Below, piece by piece: positions 14,050 to 26,800 of a stretch of 64,000 nucleotides of DNA. This DNA is from Eledone cirrhosa (taxonomy: Eukaryota), in the NCBI GenBank assembly GCA_964016885.1, contig OZ024742.1, positions 286,874,001-286,938,000 of the forward strand. The letters are read 5' to 3'. The stretch's first letter is position 1. Every line of letters begins with the position of its first letter. The translations under genes were made by a program, and so were the position numbers. The notes below the pieces were generated by a model, which did not search any database, was not told the origin of the DNA, and saw only the letters and a list, made by a program, of their open reading frames with translations.

Positions 14050-14093
<44 letters not shown>

Positions 14094-14105
14094 TTTAGCA
14101 GCCAG

Positions 14106-14152
<47 letters not shown>

Positions 14153-14159
<7 letters not shown>

Positions 14160-14276
14160 CATTTTCTTAAGTATACATCGGCTGAGTAGCCTCATTTGCA
14201 TACCGAACGAATTACGGCTAGCTCGGTATGCAAATGAGGCTACTCAGCCGATGTATACTTAAGAAAATGCTATATA
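14153..14276. repeat. Perfect inverted repeat with ~54-bp arms, immediately upstream of an HHR
   Basis: GCATTTTCTTAAGTATACATCGGCTGAGTAGCCTCATTTGCATACCGA (to 14206), a 16-nt spacer, then its reverse complement from 14223. Confidence 0.92.
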
Positions 14277-14308
14277 TTTCCAACTGTTCAACAGACTGGC
14301 TGAGGTAT

Positions 14309-14351
14309 ACAGTCCTGATGAAGGGTAATGACCCAGAAACATGTTGATTGT
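14309..14351 (+). ncRNA. Minimal type I hammerhead ribozyme, intact core
   Basis: ACAGUC-CUGAUGA-A GGGU AAUG ACCC A-GAAAC-AU-GUU^-GAUUGU. Stem I 6 bp with one G-U, stem II 4 bp after an A.A mismatch, palindromic stem III AACAUGUU. Confidence 0.78.
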
Positions 14352-14582
14352 TCCCCAATGCCAGTGTTGAACAAACGGATGACGATTTATGAAGGTACCC
14401 AGAAAAACCCCGTATCTCGGAAACCCGTACTCCGATTTATGCGAAACTAGTTTTATTCCATTTGTATTCCCATTTCAGGGGCAACTTACTTTCAAAGTAT
14501 TTCCCCATGATGCGCCGTTTTGGCTGTATTAAATTACAGACAAGCACACTATCACAGAGTTTTAGTATATATATATATATGA

Positions 14583-14700
14583 AGGCGTGTGGCTGAGTGG
14601 TTAGAGAATTGGATTCGCAATCGAAAGGTTGTGAGTTCGATTCCTGGACCAGGCGATGCGTTATGTCCTTGAGCAAGACACTTTATTTCACGTTGCTCCT
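14583..14700 (+). mobile_element. tRNA-derived SINE of a second family, with a CORE-like segment
   Basis: A box TGGCTGAGTGG, B box GTTCGATTCC, then TGTCCTTGAGCAAGACACTT resembling the MIR/CORE domain. No complete acceptor stem. Confidence 0.75.
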
Positions 14701-14808
14701 TCTACCTGGAGTTGCGACCGATAGATAGTATTAGCAATTGGAAAGACCAACGGAAACATTGTTCCCTCGGTCCGATTTGACGAAAGTCGATCGTTCCTAT
14801 AAAATAAA

Positions 14809-14867
<59 letters not shown>

Positions 14868-15297
14868 GAGAGAGAGGGAGGGAAGAGATATGAGATCAAG
14901 AGCTTCCATAGACTAGATAAAGGTAATAGAGAGCTCGATGTTCAGTACAGAGCTAAAGTATATTATTATTAATATAAATATATTCTCAATACAGCTGCAT
15001 GCTACCTAGGGTTTCAAAGCTTACTCTAGCAAGAGTAATAGAGACCGTCTATTCGCTTGTGTTGCTTATCTTTCTGGCAATACCAAGATGGTATTCACCT
15101 CCCTATAACTGGAGGACTAAATACTTCATATAAGTGTATACTATGTATATATATCTAACTTGTCTGCTATCTATAAATGTCACTACCACTCATTTTTATC
15201 ATTATTATTTAAAGCCCGACCTTAATGTTGTAACATTAGTATCGTCTCCTCCATCTGATGACCTCTTCACAAATAAAAGAAAACATCATTATTATTA

Positions 15298-15482
15298 AGG
15301 GCGGTGGATTGGCAGTGTCGGTAGAGGGTCGGACGCCATGCTTTGACGCATAGAGTTACGGCCCTTGCCATTCTGAGTTCAAATCCCGCCGAGGTTAACA
15401 TTGCCTTTCATCTTTATGGGGTCGATAAAATAAAGTACCAGTCACGCACTGGGTAATTGCTGGCCAAAAGTAGAAACAATTA
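15298..15482 (+). mobile_element. Full-length tRNA-derived SINE (main family) with simple-repeat tail
   Basis: 5' GGGCGGTGGATTGGCAGTGTCGGTAGAG (A box), GTTCAAATCC (B box), central GCCTTTCATC..GGGGTCGATAAAATAAAGTACCAG, then an (ATC)n/(AGT)n tail. Confidence 0.9.
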
Positions 15483-15508
15483 TCATCATCATTATCATCA
15501 TCATCATC

Positions 15509-15543
<35 letters not shown>

Positions 15544-15615
15544 CAACATTATTATTGTTATTGTTGCTATTATTCCTTTATAAAACATACCTGAAACAAT
15601 AATCTAATATGTGTG

Positions 15616-15646
<31 letters not shown>

Positions 15647-15667
15647 AGATAAATCTACCATATATAT

Positions 15668-15826
15668 GTGAAGGAATGTATATTTCCTCTGATAGCTTGT
15701 AATATTTTTACATAGGTCTATATGATATACATACCAACACACATATATATCCTAGAAACGATCGTAAAATGATGAATTTTTTAATATAAGGAACGTGTTC
15801 TTTGTTTTTATTCATTGTTTTTATTA

Positions 15827-15830
<4 letters not shown>
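15668..15830 (+). mobile_element. 5'-truncated relative of the 57411-57600 long-loop HHR element
   Basis: GTGAAG..ATGTATATTTC..TTGTAATAT.TTTACATAG..AGAAACGATCGTAAAAT.ATGA aligns by eye with 57435-57590. It lacks the upstream CTGAAGA core. Confidence 0.7.
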
Positions 15831-15867
<37 letters not shown>

Positions 15868-15872
<5 letters not shown>

Positions 15873-16056
15873 CAAAGGAATTGTGGTAGGAACCAGATGG
15901 ACCATAATGCACCAGAGTACTCAATACTTAGAGTAGTAGAGTGGGAAATAGGAAAACGTATGACCCCGACGGCAGAGCTCAAGCCATTTCGACGGCTATT
16001 TACAGAAATAGCCGTCGAAACAGCTTGAGCTCTGCCGTCGGGGTCATACATTTTCT

Positions 16057-16058
<2 letters not shown>
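15868..16058. mobile_element. Two-module dispersed repeat, copy C, with fold-back
   Basis: Same layout as 11393-11598. Arms at about 15947-16000 and 16006-16057. Confidence 0.85.
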
Positions 16059-16096
<38 letters not shown>

Positions 16097-16120
16097 CATA
16101 CAATCATATATATATATATG

Positions 16121-16177
<57 letters not shown>

Positions 16178-16194
16178 ATTTATATATATACAAT

Positions 16195-16254
<60 letters not shown>

Positions 16255-16311
16255 ATTGTATAAATACGTATATATATGTATGTATGATTGTATATATATA
16301 AATATATACGC

Positions 16312-16383
<72 letters not shown>

Positions 16384-16410
16384 CCCTACAACACCATCTT
16401 TCTGTTTGCT

Positions 16411-16462
<52 letters not shown>

Positions 16463-16749
16463 TTAGCTTCAGATTTTTCCATTGTTTACTGTCGAGATAA
16501 TTATTTTAAACCTACTCAGACTAATGATATTATTATATACAATAATTCTTCTTGTCTGTCTCGTGTCATACCTCAGTATTTGTGGACGATTTGTTCGTCT
16601 TTCCTTTTTCTATCGAAACTCTTTTTCTTTTGTCTTCTCTATAAATATTTTCGATTGTGTACACTAAATCCGTTGTATACACTAGTAAATTATATACAAT
16701 CGTCTGTCGATAATGAATCAATTATTGTAAATATAATATGTTTGATAAT

Positions 16750-16819
<70 letters not shown>

Positions 16820-17010
16820 GTATATATATATATATATATATATACGTATATATACGTATATATATCATTATATATACGTGTGTCTGTATGTATATATATA
16901 TATATGTGTGTACATATATATATATAACATATATATATATATACATATATATACGTGTATGTATATATATATATATATATATGTATACGTGTGTGTATAT
17001 ACATATATAC

Positions 17011-17058
<48 letters not shown>

Positions 17059-17072
17059 GTATATATATATAC

Positions 17073-17152
<80 letters not shown>

Positions 17153-17312
17153 CAAAGGTATATATTGAGTTAGAAACTCAAAATAGTCTCTTAGAATAAG
17201 TTAGTATGTCTACAGTTAGTATTCTTTTCACCTTAGCGAATCTGGTCCCTTACGATTTGAACACATTATGTATATATCTGTGTTCGTCATTCTTTTATAT
17301 TCAATTATAATT

Positions 17313-17452
<140 letters not shown>

Positions 17453-17878
17453 ATATATATATATATATCTATATATATATGTGTGTGTATATAAAGACGC
17501 AGACATGGCTCTCCAATATAGTTATGTACGCCCAGTTGAAGTCACAAGGGGGTCTAGATTTCACATCTGGCCTGGGTCTGTTAAGGTTAGTATTTAGACT
17601 TTGGAGGGTCCAGGTCACTTCAGATTTGGGCTCCCCCTCATACGCAAAAAATAGAATACTCAATACCCCCCAATTTTACATATCAAAGTTAGCTTGGTTC
17701 AAGTATTTGGAATTGAAAAGTTATAGCTACAGGTATTAAATTAAAACATTCTAACCATCCAAAAAAATAAAGCCCATCTGAGGGCACAAATAAATTGCTG
17801 CGGCCATCGCTTGTAGAGCCCCCCACTGCAGGGGGCCCGTGGAAATTGCCCCCTATTGAATTTTGCTCTGGGCCTGTT

Positions 17879-20800
17879 ATCTGGCCTGAGTATATTACCT
17901 ATTTTAGTGCTCACACCTGGCCTGAGTCTGTTACCAACTTTAGAGACCTACATTTTACATCTGGCCTGGGTATATTACCTACTTTAGTGCTCACATCTGC
18001 CCTGAGCCTGTTACCAACTTTAGAGACCTACATTTTACATCTGGCCCGGGTATATTACCTACTTTAGTGCTCACACCTGGCCTGAGCCTGTTACCAACTT
18101 TAGAGACCTACATTTTACATCTGGCCTGGGTATATTACCTACTTTAGTGCTCACATCTGGCCTCAGCCTGTTACCAACTTTAGAGACATAGAATTTACAT
18201 CTGGCCTGGGTATATTACCTACTTTAGTGCTCACACCTGGCCTGAGCCTGTTACCAACTTTAGAGACCTACATTTTACATCTGGCCTGGGTATATTACCT
18301 ACTTTAGTGCTCACACCTGGCCTGAGCCTGTTACCAACTTTAGAGACCTACATTTTACATCTGGCCTAGGTATATTACCTACTTTAGTGCTCACATCTGC
18401 CCTGAGCCTGTTACCAACTTTAGATACCTACATTTTACATCTGGCCTGAGTATATTACCTACTTTAGTGCTCACACCTGGCCTGAGCCTGTTACCAACTT
18501 TAGACACCTACATTTTACATCTGGCCTGGGTATATTATCTACTTTAGTGCTCACACCTGGCCTGAGCCTGTTACCAACTTTAGAGACCTACATTTTACAT
18601 CTGGCCTGCGTATATTACCTACTTTAGTGCTCACACCTGGCCTGAGCCTGTTACCAACTTTAGAGACCTACATTTTACATCTGGCCTGGGTATATTACCT
18701 ACTTTAGTGCTCACATCTGCCCTGAGCCTGTTACCAAATTTAGAGACCTACATTTTACATCTGGCCTGGGTATATTACCTACTTTAGTGCTCACACCTGG
18801 CCTGAGCCTGTTACCAACTTTAGAGACCTACATTTTACATCTGGCCTAGGTATATTACCTACTTTAGTGCTCACATCTGCCCTGAGCCTGTTACCAACTT
18901 TAGAGACCTACATTTTACATCTGGCCTGGGTATATTATCTACTTTAGTGCTCACACCTGGCCTGAGCCTGTTACCAACTTTACATACCTACATTTTACAT
19001 CTGGCCTGGGTATATTACCTACTTTAGTGCTCACACCTGGCCTGAGCCTGTTACCAACTTTAGAGACCTACATTTTACATCTGGCCTGGGTATATTACCT
19101 ACTTTAGTGCTCACACCTGGCCTGAGCCTGTTACCAACTTTAGAGACCTACATTTTACATCTGGCCCGGGTATATTACCTACTTTAGTGCTCACACCTGG
19201 TCTGAGCCTGTTACCAACTTTAGAGTCCTACATTTTACATCTGGCCTGGGTATATTACCTACTTTAGTGCTCACACCTGGCCTGAGCCTGTTACCAACTT
19301 TAGAGACCTACATTTTACATCTGGCCTGGGTATATTACCTACTTTAGTGCTCACACCTGGCCTGAGCCTGTTACCAACTTTAGAGACCTACATTTTACAT
19401 CTGGCCTGGGTATATTACCTACTTTAGTGCTCACACCTGGCCTGAGCCTGTTACCAACTTTAGAGACCTACATTTTACATCTGGCCCGGGTATATTACCT
19501 ACTTTAGTGCTCACACGTGGCCTGAGCCTGTTACCAAATTTAGAGACCTACATTTTACATCTGGCCTGGGTATATTACCTACGCTCACACCTGGCCTGAG
19601 CCTGTTACCAACTTTAGAGACCTACATTTTACATCTGGCCTGGGTATATTACCTACTTTAGTGCTCACATCTGCCCTGAGCCTGTTACCAACTTTAGAGA
19701 CCTATATTTTACATCTGGCCTGAGTATATTACCTACTTTAGTGCTCACACCTGGCCTGAGCCTGTTACCAACTTTAGAGACCTACATTTTACATCTGGCC
19801 TGGGTATATTACCTACTTTAGTGCTCACATCTGCCCTGAGCCTGTTACCAACTTTAGAGACCTATATTTTACATCTGGCCTAGGTATATTACCTACTTTA
19901 GTGCTCACTTCTGCCCTGAGCCAGTTACCAACTTTAGAGACCTACATTTTACATCTGGCCCGGGTATATTACCTACTTTAGTGCTCACATCTGCCCTGAG
20001 CCTGTTACCAACTTTAGAGACCGACATTTTACATCTGGCCCGGGTATATTACCTACTTTAGTGCTCACACCTGGCCTGAGCCTGTTACCAACTTTAGAGA
20101 CCTACATTTTACATCTGGCCTGGGTATATTACCTACTTTAGTGCTCACACCTGGCCTGAGCCTGTTACCAACATTAGAGATCTACATTTTACATCTGGCC
20201 TGGGTATATTACCTACTTTAGTGCTCACATCTGCTCTGAGCCTGTTACCAAATTTAGAGACCTATATTTTACATCTGGCCTGAGTATATTACCTACTTTA
20301 GTGCTCACACCTGGCCTGAGCTTGTTACCAACTTTAGAGACCTACATTTTACATCTGGCCTGGGTATATTACCTACTTTAGTGCTCACACCTGGCCTGAG
20401 CTTGTTACCAACTTTAGAGACCTACATTTTACATCTGGCCTAGGTATATTACCTACTTTAGTGCTCACACCTTGCCTGAGCTTGTTACCAACTTTAGAGA
20501 CCTACATTTTAGATCTGGCCTGGGTATATTACCTACTTTAGTGCTCACACCTGGCCTGAGCCTGTTACCAACTTTAGAGACCTACATTTTACATCTGGCC
20601 TGGGTATATTACCTACTTTAGTGCTCACATCTGCCCTGAGCCTGTTACCAACTTTAGAGACCTACATTTTACATCTGGCCCGGGTATATTACCTACTTTA
20701 GTGCTCACACCTGGCCTGAGCCTGTTACCAACTTTAGAGACCTACATTTTACATCTGGCCTGGGTATATTACCTACTTTAGTGCCCACACCTGGCCTGAG

Positions 20801-23800
20801 CTTGTTACCAACTTTAGAGACCTACATTTTACATTTGGTCTGGGTATATTACCTACTTTAGTGCTCACACCTAGCCTGAGCTTGTTACCAACTTTAGAGA
20901 CCTACATTTTACATCTGGCCTGGGTATATTACCTACTTTAGTGCTCACACCTTGCCTGAGCCTGTTACCAACTTTAGAGACCTACATTTTACATCTGGCC
21001 TAGGTATATTACCTACTTTAGTGCTCACACCTGGCCTGAGCCTGTTACCAACTTTAGAGACCTATATTTTACATCTGGCCTGGGTATATTACCTACTTTA
21101 GTGCTCACACCTGGCCTGAGCCTGTTACCAACTTTAGAGACCTATATTTTACATCTGGCCTGGGTATATTACCTACTTTAGTGCTCACACCTGGCCTGAG
21201 CTTGTTGACCAACTTAAGAGACCTACATTTTACATCTGGCCTAGGTATATTACCTACTTTAGTGCTCACATCTGGCCTGAGCCTGTTACCAACTTTAGAG
21301 ACCTACATTTTACATCTGGCCTAGGTATATTACCTACTTTAATGCTCACACCTGGCCTGAGCCTGTTACCAACTTTAGATACCTACATTTTACATCTGGC
21401 CTGAGTATATTACCTATTTTACTGCTCACACCTGGCCTGAGCCTGTTACCAACTTTAGAGACCTACATTTTACATCTGGCCTGGGTATATTACCTACTTT
21501 AGTGCTCACATCTGCCCTGAGCCTGTTACCAACTTTAGAGACCTACATTTTACATCTGGCCTGGGTATATTATCTACTTTAGTGCTCACACCTGGCCTGA
21601 GCCTGTTACCAACTTTAGATACCTACATTTTACATCTGGCCTGGGTATATTACCTACTTTAGTGCTCACATCTGCCCTGAGCCTGTTACCAACTTTAGAG
21701 ACCTACATTTTACATCTGGCCTGGGTATATTACCTACTTTAGTGCTCACACCTGGCCTGAGCCTGTTACCAACTTTAGAGACCTACATTTTACATCTGGC
21801 CTGGGTATATTACCTACTTTAGTGCTCACAACTGGCCTGAGCCTGTTACCAACTTTAGAGACCTACATTTTACATCTGGCCCGGGTATATTACCTACTTT
21901 AGTGCTCACACCTGGTCTGAGCCTGTTACCAACTTTAGAGTCCTACATTTTACATCTGGCCTGGGTATATTACCTACTTTAGTGCTCACACCTGGCCTGA
22001 GCCTGTTACCAACTTTAGAGACCTACATTTTACATCTGGCCTGGGTATATTACCTACTTTAGTGCTCACACCTGGCCTGAGCCTGTTACCAACTTTAGAG
22101 ACCTACATTTTACATCTGGCCTGGGTATATTACCTACTTTAGTGCTCACACCTGGCCTGAGCCTGTTACCAACTTTAGAGACCTACATTTTACATCTGGC
22201 CCGGGTATATTACCTACTTTAGTGCTCACACGTGGCCTGAGCCTGTTACCAACTTTAGAGACCTACATTTTACATCTGGCCTGGGTATATTACCTACTTT
22301 AGTGCTCACACCTGGCCTGAGCCTGTTACCAACTTTAGAGACCTACATTTTACATCTGGCCTGGGTATATTACCTACTTTAGTGCTCACATCTGCCCTGA
22401 GCCTGTTACCAACTTTAGAGATCTATATTTTACATCTGGCCTGAGTATATTACCTACTTTAGTGCTCACACCTGGCCTGAGCCTGTTACCAACTTTAGAG
22501 ACCTACATTTTACATCTGGCCTGGGTATATTACCTACTTTAGTGCTCACATCTGCCCTGAGCCTGTTACCAACTTTAGAGACCTATATTTTACATCTGGC
22601 CTAGGTATATTACCTACTTTAGTACTCACTTCTGCCCTGAGCCAGTTACCAACTTTAGAGACCTACATTTTACATCTGGCCCGGGTATATTACCTACTTT
22701 AGTGCTCACATCTGCCCTGAGCCTGTTACCAACATTAGAGACCGACATTTTACATCTGGCCCGGGTATATTACCTACTTTAGTGCTCACACCTGGCCTGA
22801 GCCTGTTACCAACTTTAGAGACCTACATTTTACATCTGGCCTGGGTATATTACCTACTTTAGTGCTCACACCTGGCCTGAGCCTGTTACCAACATTAGAG
22901 ATCTAGATTTTACATCTGGCCTGGGTATATTACCTACTTTAGTGCTCACATCTGCTCTGAGCCTGTTACCAAATTTAGAGACCTATATTTTACATCTGGC
23001 CTGAGTATATTACCTACTTTAGTGCTCACACCTGGCCTGAGCTTGTTACCAACTTTAGAGACCTACATTTTACATCTGGCCTGGGTATATTACCTACTTT
23101 AGTGCTCACACCTGGCCTGAGCTTGTTACCAACTTTAGAGACCTACATTTTACATCTGGCCTAGGTATATTACCTACTTTAGTGCTCACACCTTGCCTGA
23201 GCTTGTTACCAACTTTAGAGACCTACATTTTAGATCTGGCCTGGGTATATTACCTACTTTAGTGCTCACACCTGGCCTGAGCCTGTTACCAACTTTAGAG
23301 ACCTACATTTTACATCTGGCCTGGGTATATTACCTACTTTAGTGCTCACATCTGCCCTGAGCCTGTTACCAAATTTAGAGACCTACATTTTACATCTGGC
23401 CCGGGTATATTACCTACTTTAGTGCTCACACCTGGCCTGAGCCTGTTACCAACTTTAGAGACCTACATTTTACATCTGGCCCGGGTATATTACCTACTTT
23501 AGTGCTCACACCTGGCCTGAGCTTGTTACCAACTTTAGAGACCTACATTTTACATTTGGTCTGGGTATATTACCTATTTTAGTGCTCACACCTAGCCTGA
23601 GCTTGTTACCAACTTTAGAGACCTACATTTTACATCTGGCCTGGGTATATTACCTACTTTAGTGCTCACACCTTGCCTGAGCCTGTTACCAACTTTAGAG
23701 ACCTACATTTTACATCTGGCCTAGGTATATTACCTACTTTAGTGCTCACACCTGGCCTGAGCCTGTTACCAACTTTAGAGACCTATATTTTACATCTGGC

Positions 23801-26800
23801 CTGGGTATATTACCTACTTTAGTGCTCACACCTGGCCTGAGCCTGTTACCAACTTTAGAGACCTATATTTTACATCTGGCCTGGGTATATTACCTACTTT
23901 AGTGCTCACACCTGGCCTGAGCTTGTTGACCAACTTTAGAGACCTACATTTTACATCTGGCCTAGGTATATTACCTACTTTAGTGCTCACATCTGGCCTG
24001 AGCCTGTTACCAACTTTAGAGACCTACATTTTACATCTGGCCTAGGTATATTACCTACTTTAATGCTCACACCTGGCCTGAGCCTGTTACCAACTTTAGA
24101 TACCTACATTTTACATCTGGCCTGAGTATATTACCTATTTTACTGCTCACACCTGGCCTGAGCCTGTTACCAACTTTAGAGACCTACATTTTACATCTGG
24201 CCTGGGTATATTACCTACTTTAGTGCTCACACCTGGCCTGAGCCTGTTACCAACTTTAGAGACCTACATTTTACATCTGGCCTGGGTATATTACCTACTT
24301 TAGTGCTCACATCTGGCCTGAGCCTGGTACCAACTTTAGAGACCTACATTTTACATCTGGCCTGGGTATATTACCTACTTTAGTGCTCACATCTGGCCTG
24401 AGCCTGTTACCAACTTTAGAGACCTACATTTTACATCTGGCCTAGGTATATTACCTACTTTAATGCTCACACCTGGCCTGAGCCTGTTACCAACTTTAGA
24501 TACCTACATTTTACATCTGGCCTGAGTATATTACCTATTTTACTGCTCACACCTGGTCTGAGCCTGTTACCAACTTTAGATACCTACATTTTACATCTGG
24601 CCTGAGTATATTACCTATTTTAGTGCTCACACCTGGCCTGAGCTTGTTACCAACTTTAGAGACCTACATTTTACATCTGGCCTGGGTATATTACCTACTT
24701 TAGTGCTCATACCTGGCCTGAGCCTGTTACCAACTTTGGAGACCTACATTTTACATCTGGCCTGGGTATATTACCTACTTTAGTGCTCACATCTGGCCTG
24801 AGCCTGTTACCAACTTTAGAGACCTACATTTTACATCTGGCCTGGGTATATTACCTACTTTAGTGCTCACATCTGGCCTGAGCCTGTTACCAACTTTAGA
24901 GACCTACATTTTACATCTGGCCTAGGTATATTACCTACTTTAGTGCTCACACCTGGTCTGAGCCTGTTACCAACTTTAGATACCTACATTTTACATCTGG
25001 CCTGAGTATATTACCTATTTTAGTGCTCACACCTGGCCTGAGCCTGTTACCAACTTTAGAGACCTACATTTTACATCTGGCCTGGGTATATTACCTAGTT
25101 TAGTGCTCACACCTGGCCTGAGTCTTTACCAACTTTAGAGACCTACATTTTACATCTGGCCTGGGTATATTACCTACTTTAGTGCTCACACCTGGCCTGA
25201 GCCTGTTACCAACTTTAGAGACCTATATTTTACATCTGGCCTGGGTATATTACCTACTTTAGTGCTCACACCTGGCCTGAGCCTGTTACCAACTTTAGAG
25301 ACCTACATTTTACATCTGGCCCGGATATATTACCTACTTTAGTGCTCACACCTGGCCTGAGCCTGTTACCAACTTTAGAGACCTACATTTTACATCTGGC
25401 CTTGGTATATTACCTACTTTAGTGCTCACACCTGGCCTGAGCCTGTTACCAACTTTAGAGACCTACATTTTACATCTGGCCTGGGTATATTACCTACTTT
25501 AGTGCTCACATCTGCCCTGAGCCTGTTACCAACTTTAGAGACCTACATTTTACATCTGGCCCGGGTATATTACCTACTTTAGTGCTCACACCTGGCCTGA
25601 GCCTGTTACCAACTTTAGAGACCTACATTTTACATCTGGCCCGGGTATATTACCTACTTTAGTGCTCACACCTGGCCTGAGCTTGTTACCAACTTTAGAG
25701 ACCTACATTTTACATTTGGTCTGGGTATATTACCTACTTTAGTGCTCACACCTAGCCTGAGCTTGTTACCAACTTTAGAGACCTACATTTTACATCTGGC
25801 CTGGGTATATTACCTACTTTAGTGCTCACACCTTGCCTGAGCCTGTTACCAACTTTAGAGACCTACATTTTACATCTGGCCTAGGTATATTACCTACTTT
25901 AGTGCTCACACCAGGCCTGAGCCTGTTACCAACTTTAGAGACCTATATTTTACATCTGGCCTGGGTATATTACCTACTTTAGTGCTCACACCTGGCCTGA
26001 GCCTGTTACCAACTTTAGAGACCTATATTTTACATCTGGCCTGGGTATATTACCTACTTTAGTGCTCACACCTGGCCTGAGCTTGTTGACCAACTTTAGA
26101 GACCTACATTTTACATCTGGCCTAGGTATATTACCTACTTTAGTGCTCACATCTGGCCTGAGCCTGTTACCAACTTTAGAGACCTACATTTTACATCTGG
26201 CCTAGGTATATTACCTACTTTAATGCTCACACCTGGCCTGAGCCTGTTACCAACTTTAGATACCTACATTTTACATCTGGCCTGAGTATATTACCTATTT
26301 TACTGCTCACACCTGGTCTGAGCCTGTTACCAACTTTAGATACCTACATTTTACATCTGGCCTGAGTATATTACCTATTTTAGTGCTCACACCTGGCCTG
26401 AGCTTGTTACCAACTTTAGAGACCTACATTTTACATCTGGCCTGGGTATATTACCTACTTTAGTGCGCACATCTGCCCTGAGCCTGTTACCAACTTTAGA
26501 GACCTATATTTTACATCTGGCCTGGGTATATTACCTATTTTACTGCTCACACCTGGCCTGAGCCTGTTACCAACTTTAGAGACCTACATTTTACATCTGG
26601 CCTGGGTATATTACCTACTTTAGTGCTCACACCTGGCCTGAGCCTGTTACCAACTTTAGAGACCTACATTTTACATCTGGCCTGGGTATATTACCTACTT
26701 TAGTGCTCACATCTGGCCTGAGCCTGGTACCAACTTTAGAGACCTACATTTTACATCTGGCCTGGGTATATTACCTACTTTAGTGCTCACATCTGGCCTG

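Noticed and set aside
14583-14660. Functional tRNA gene
   Set aside because: A and B boxes are present but there is no proper acceptor stem, and it runs into a SINE CORE-like segment.
15255-15290. CTGATGA...GAAAA as a hammerhead
   Set aside because: No stem I or III pairing and no suitable NUH. The same applies to core-like words at about 70, 2257, 3416, 5771 and 16520.
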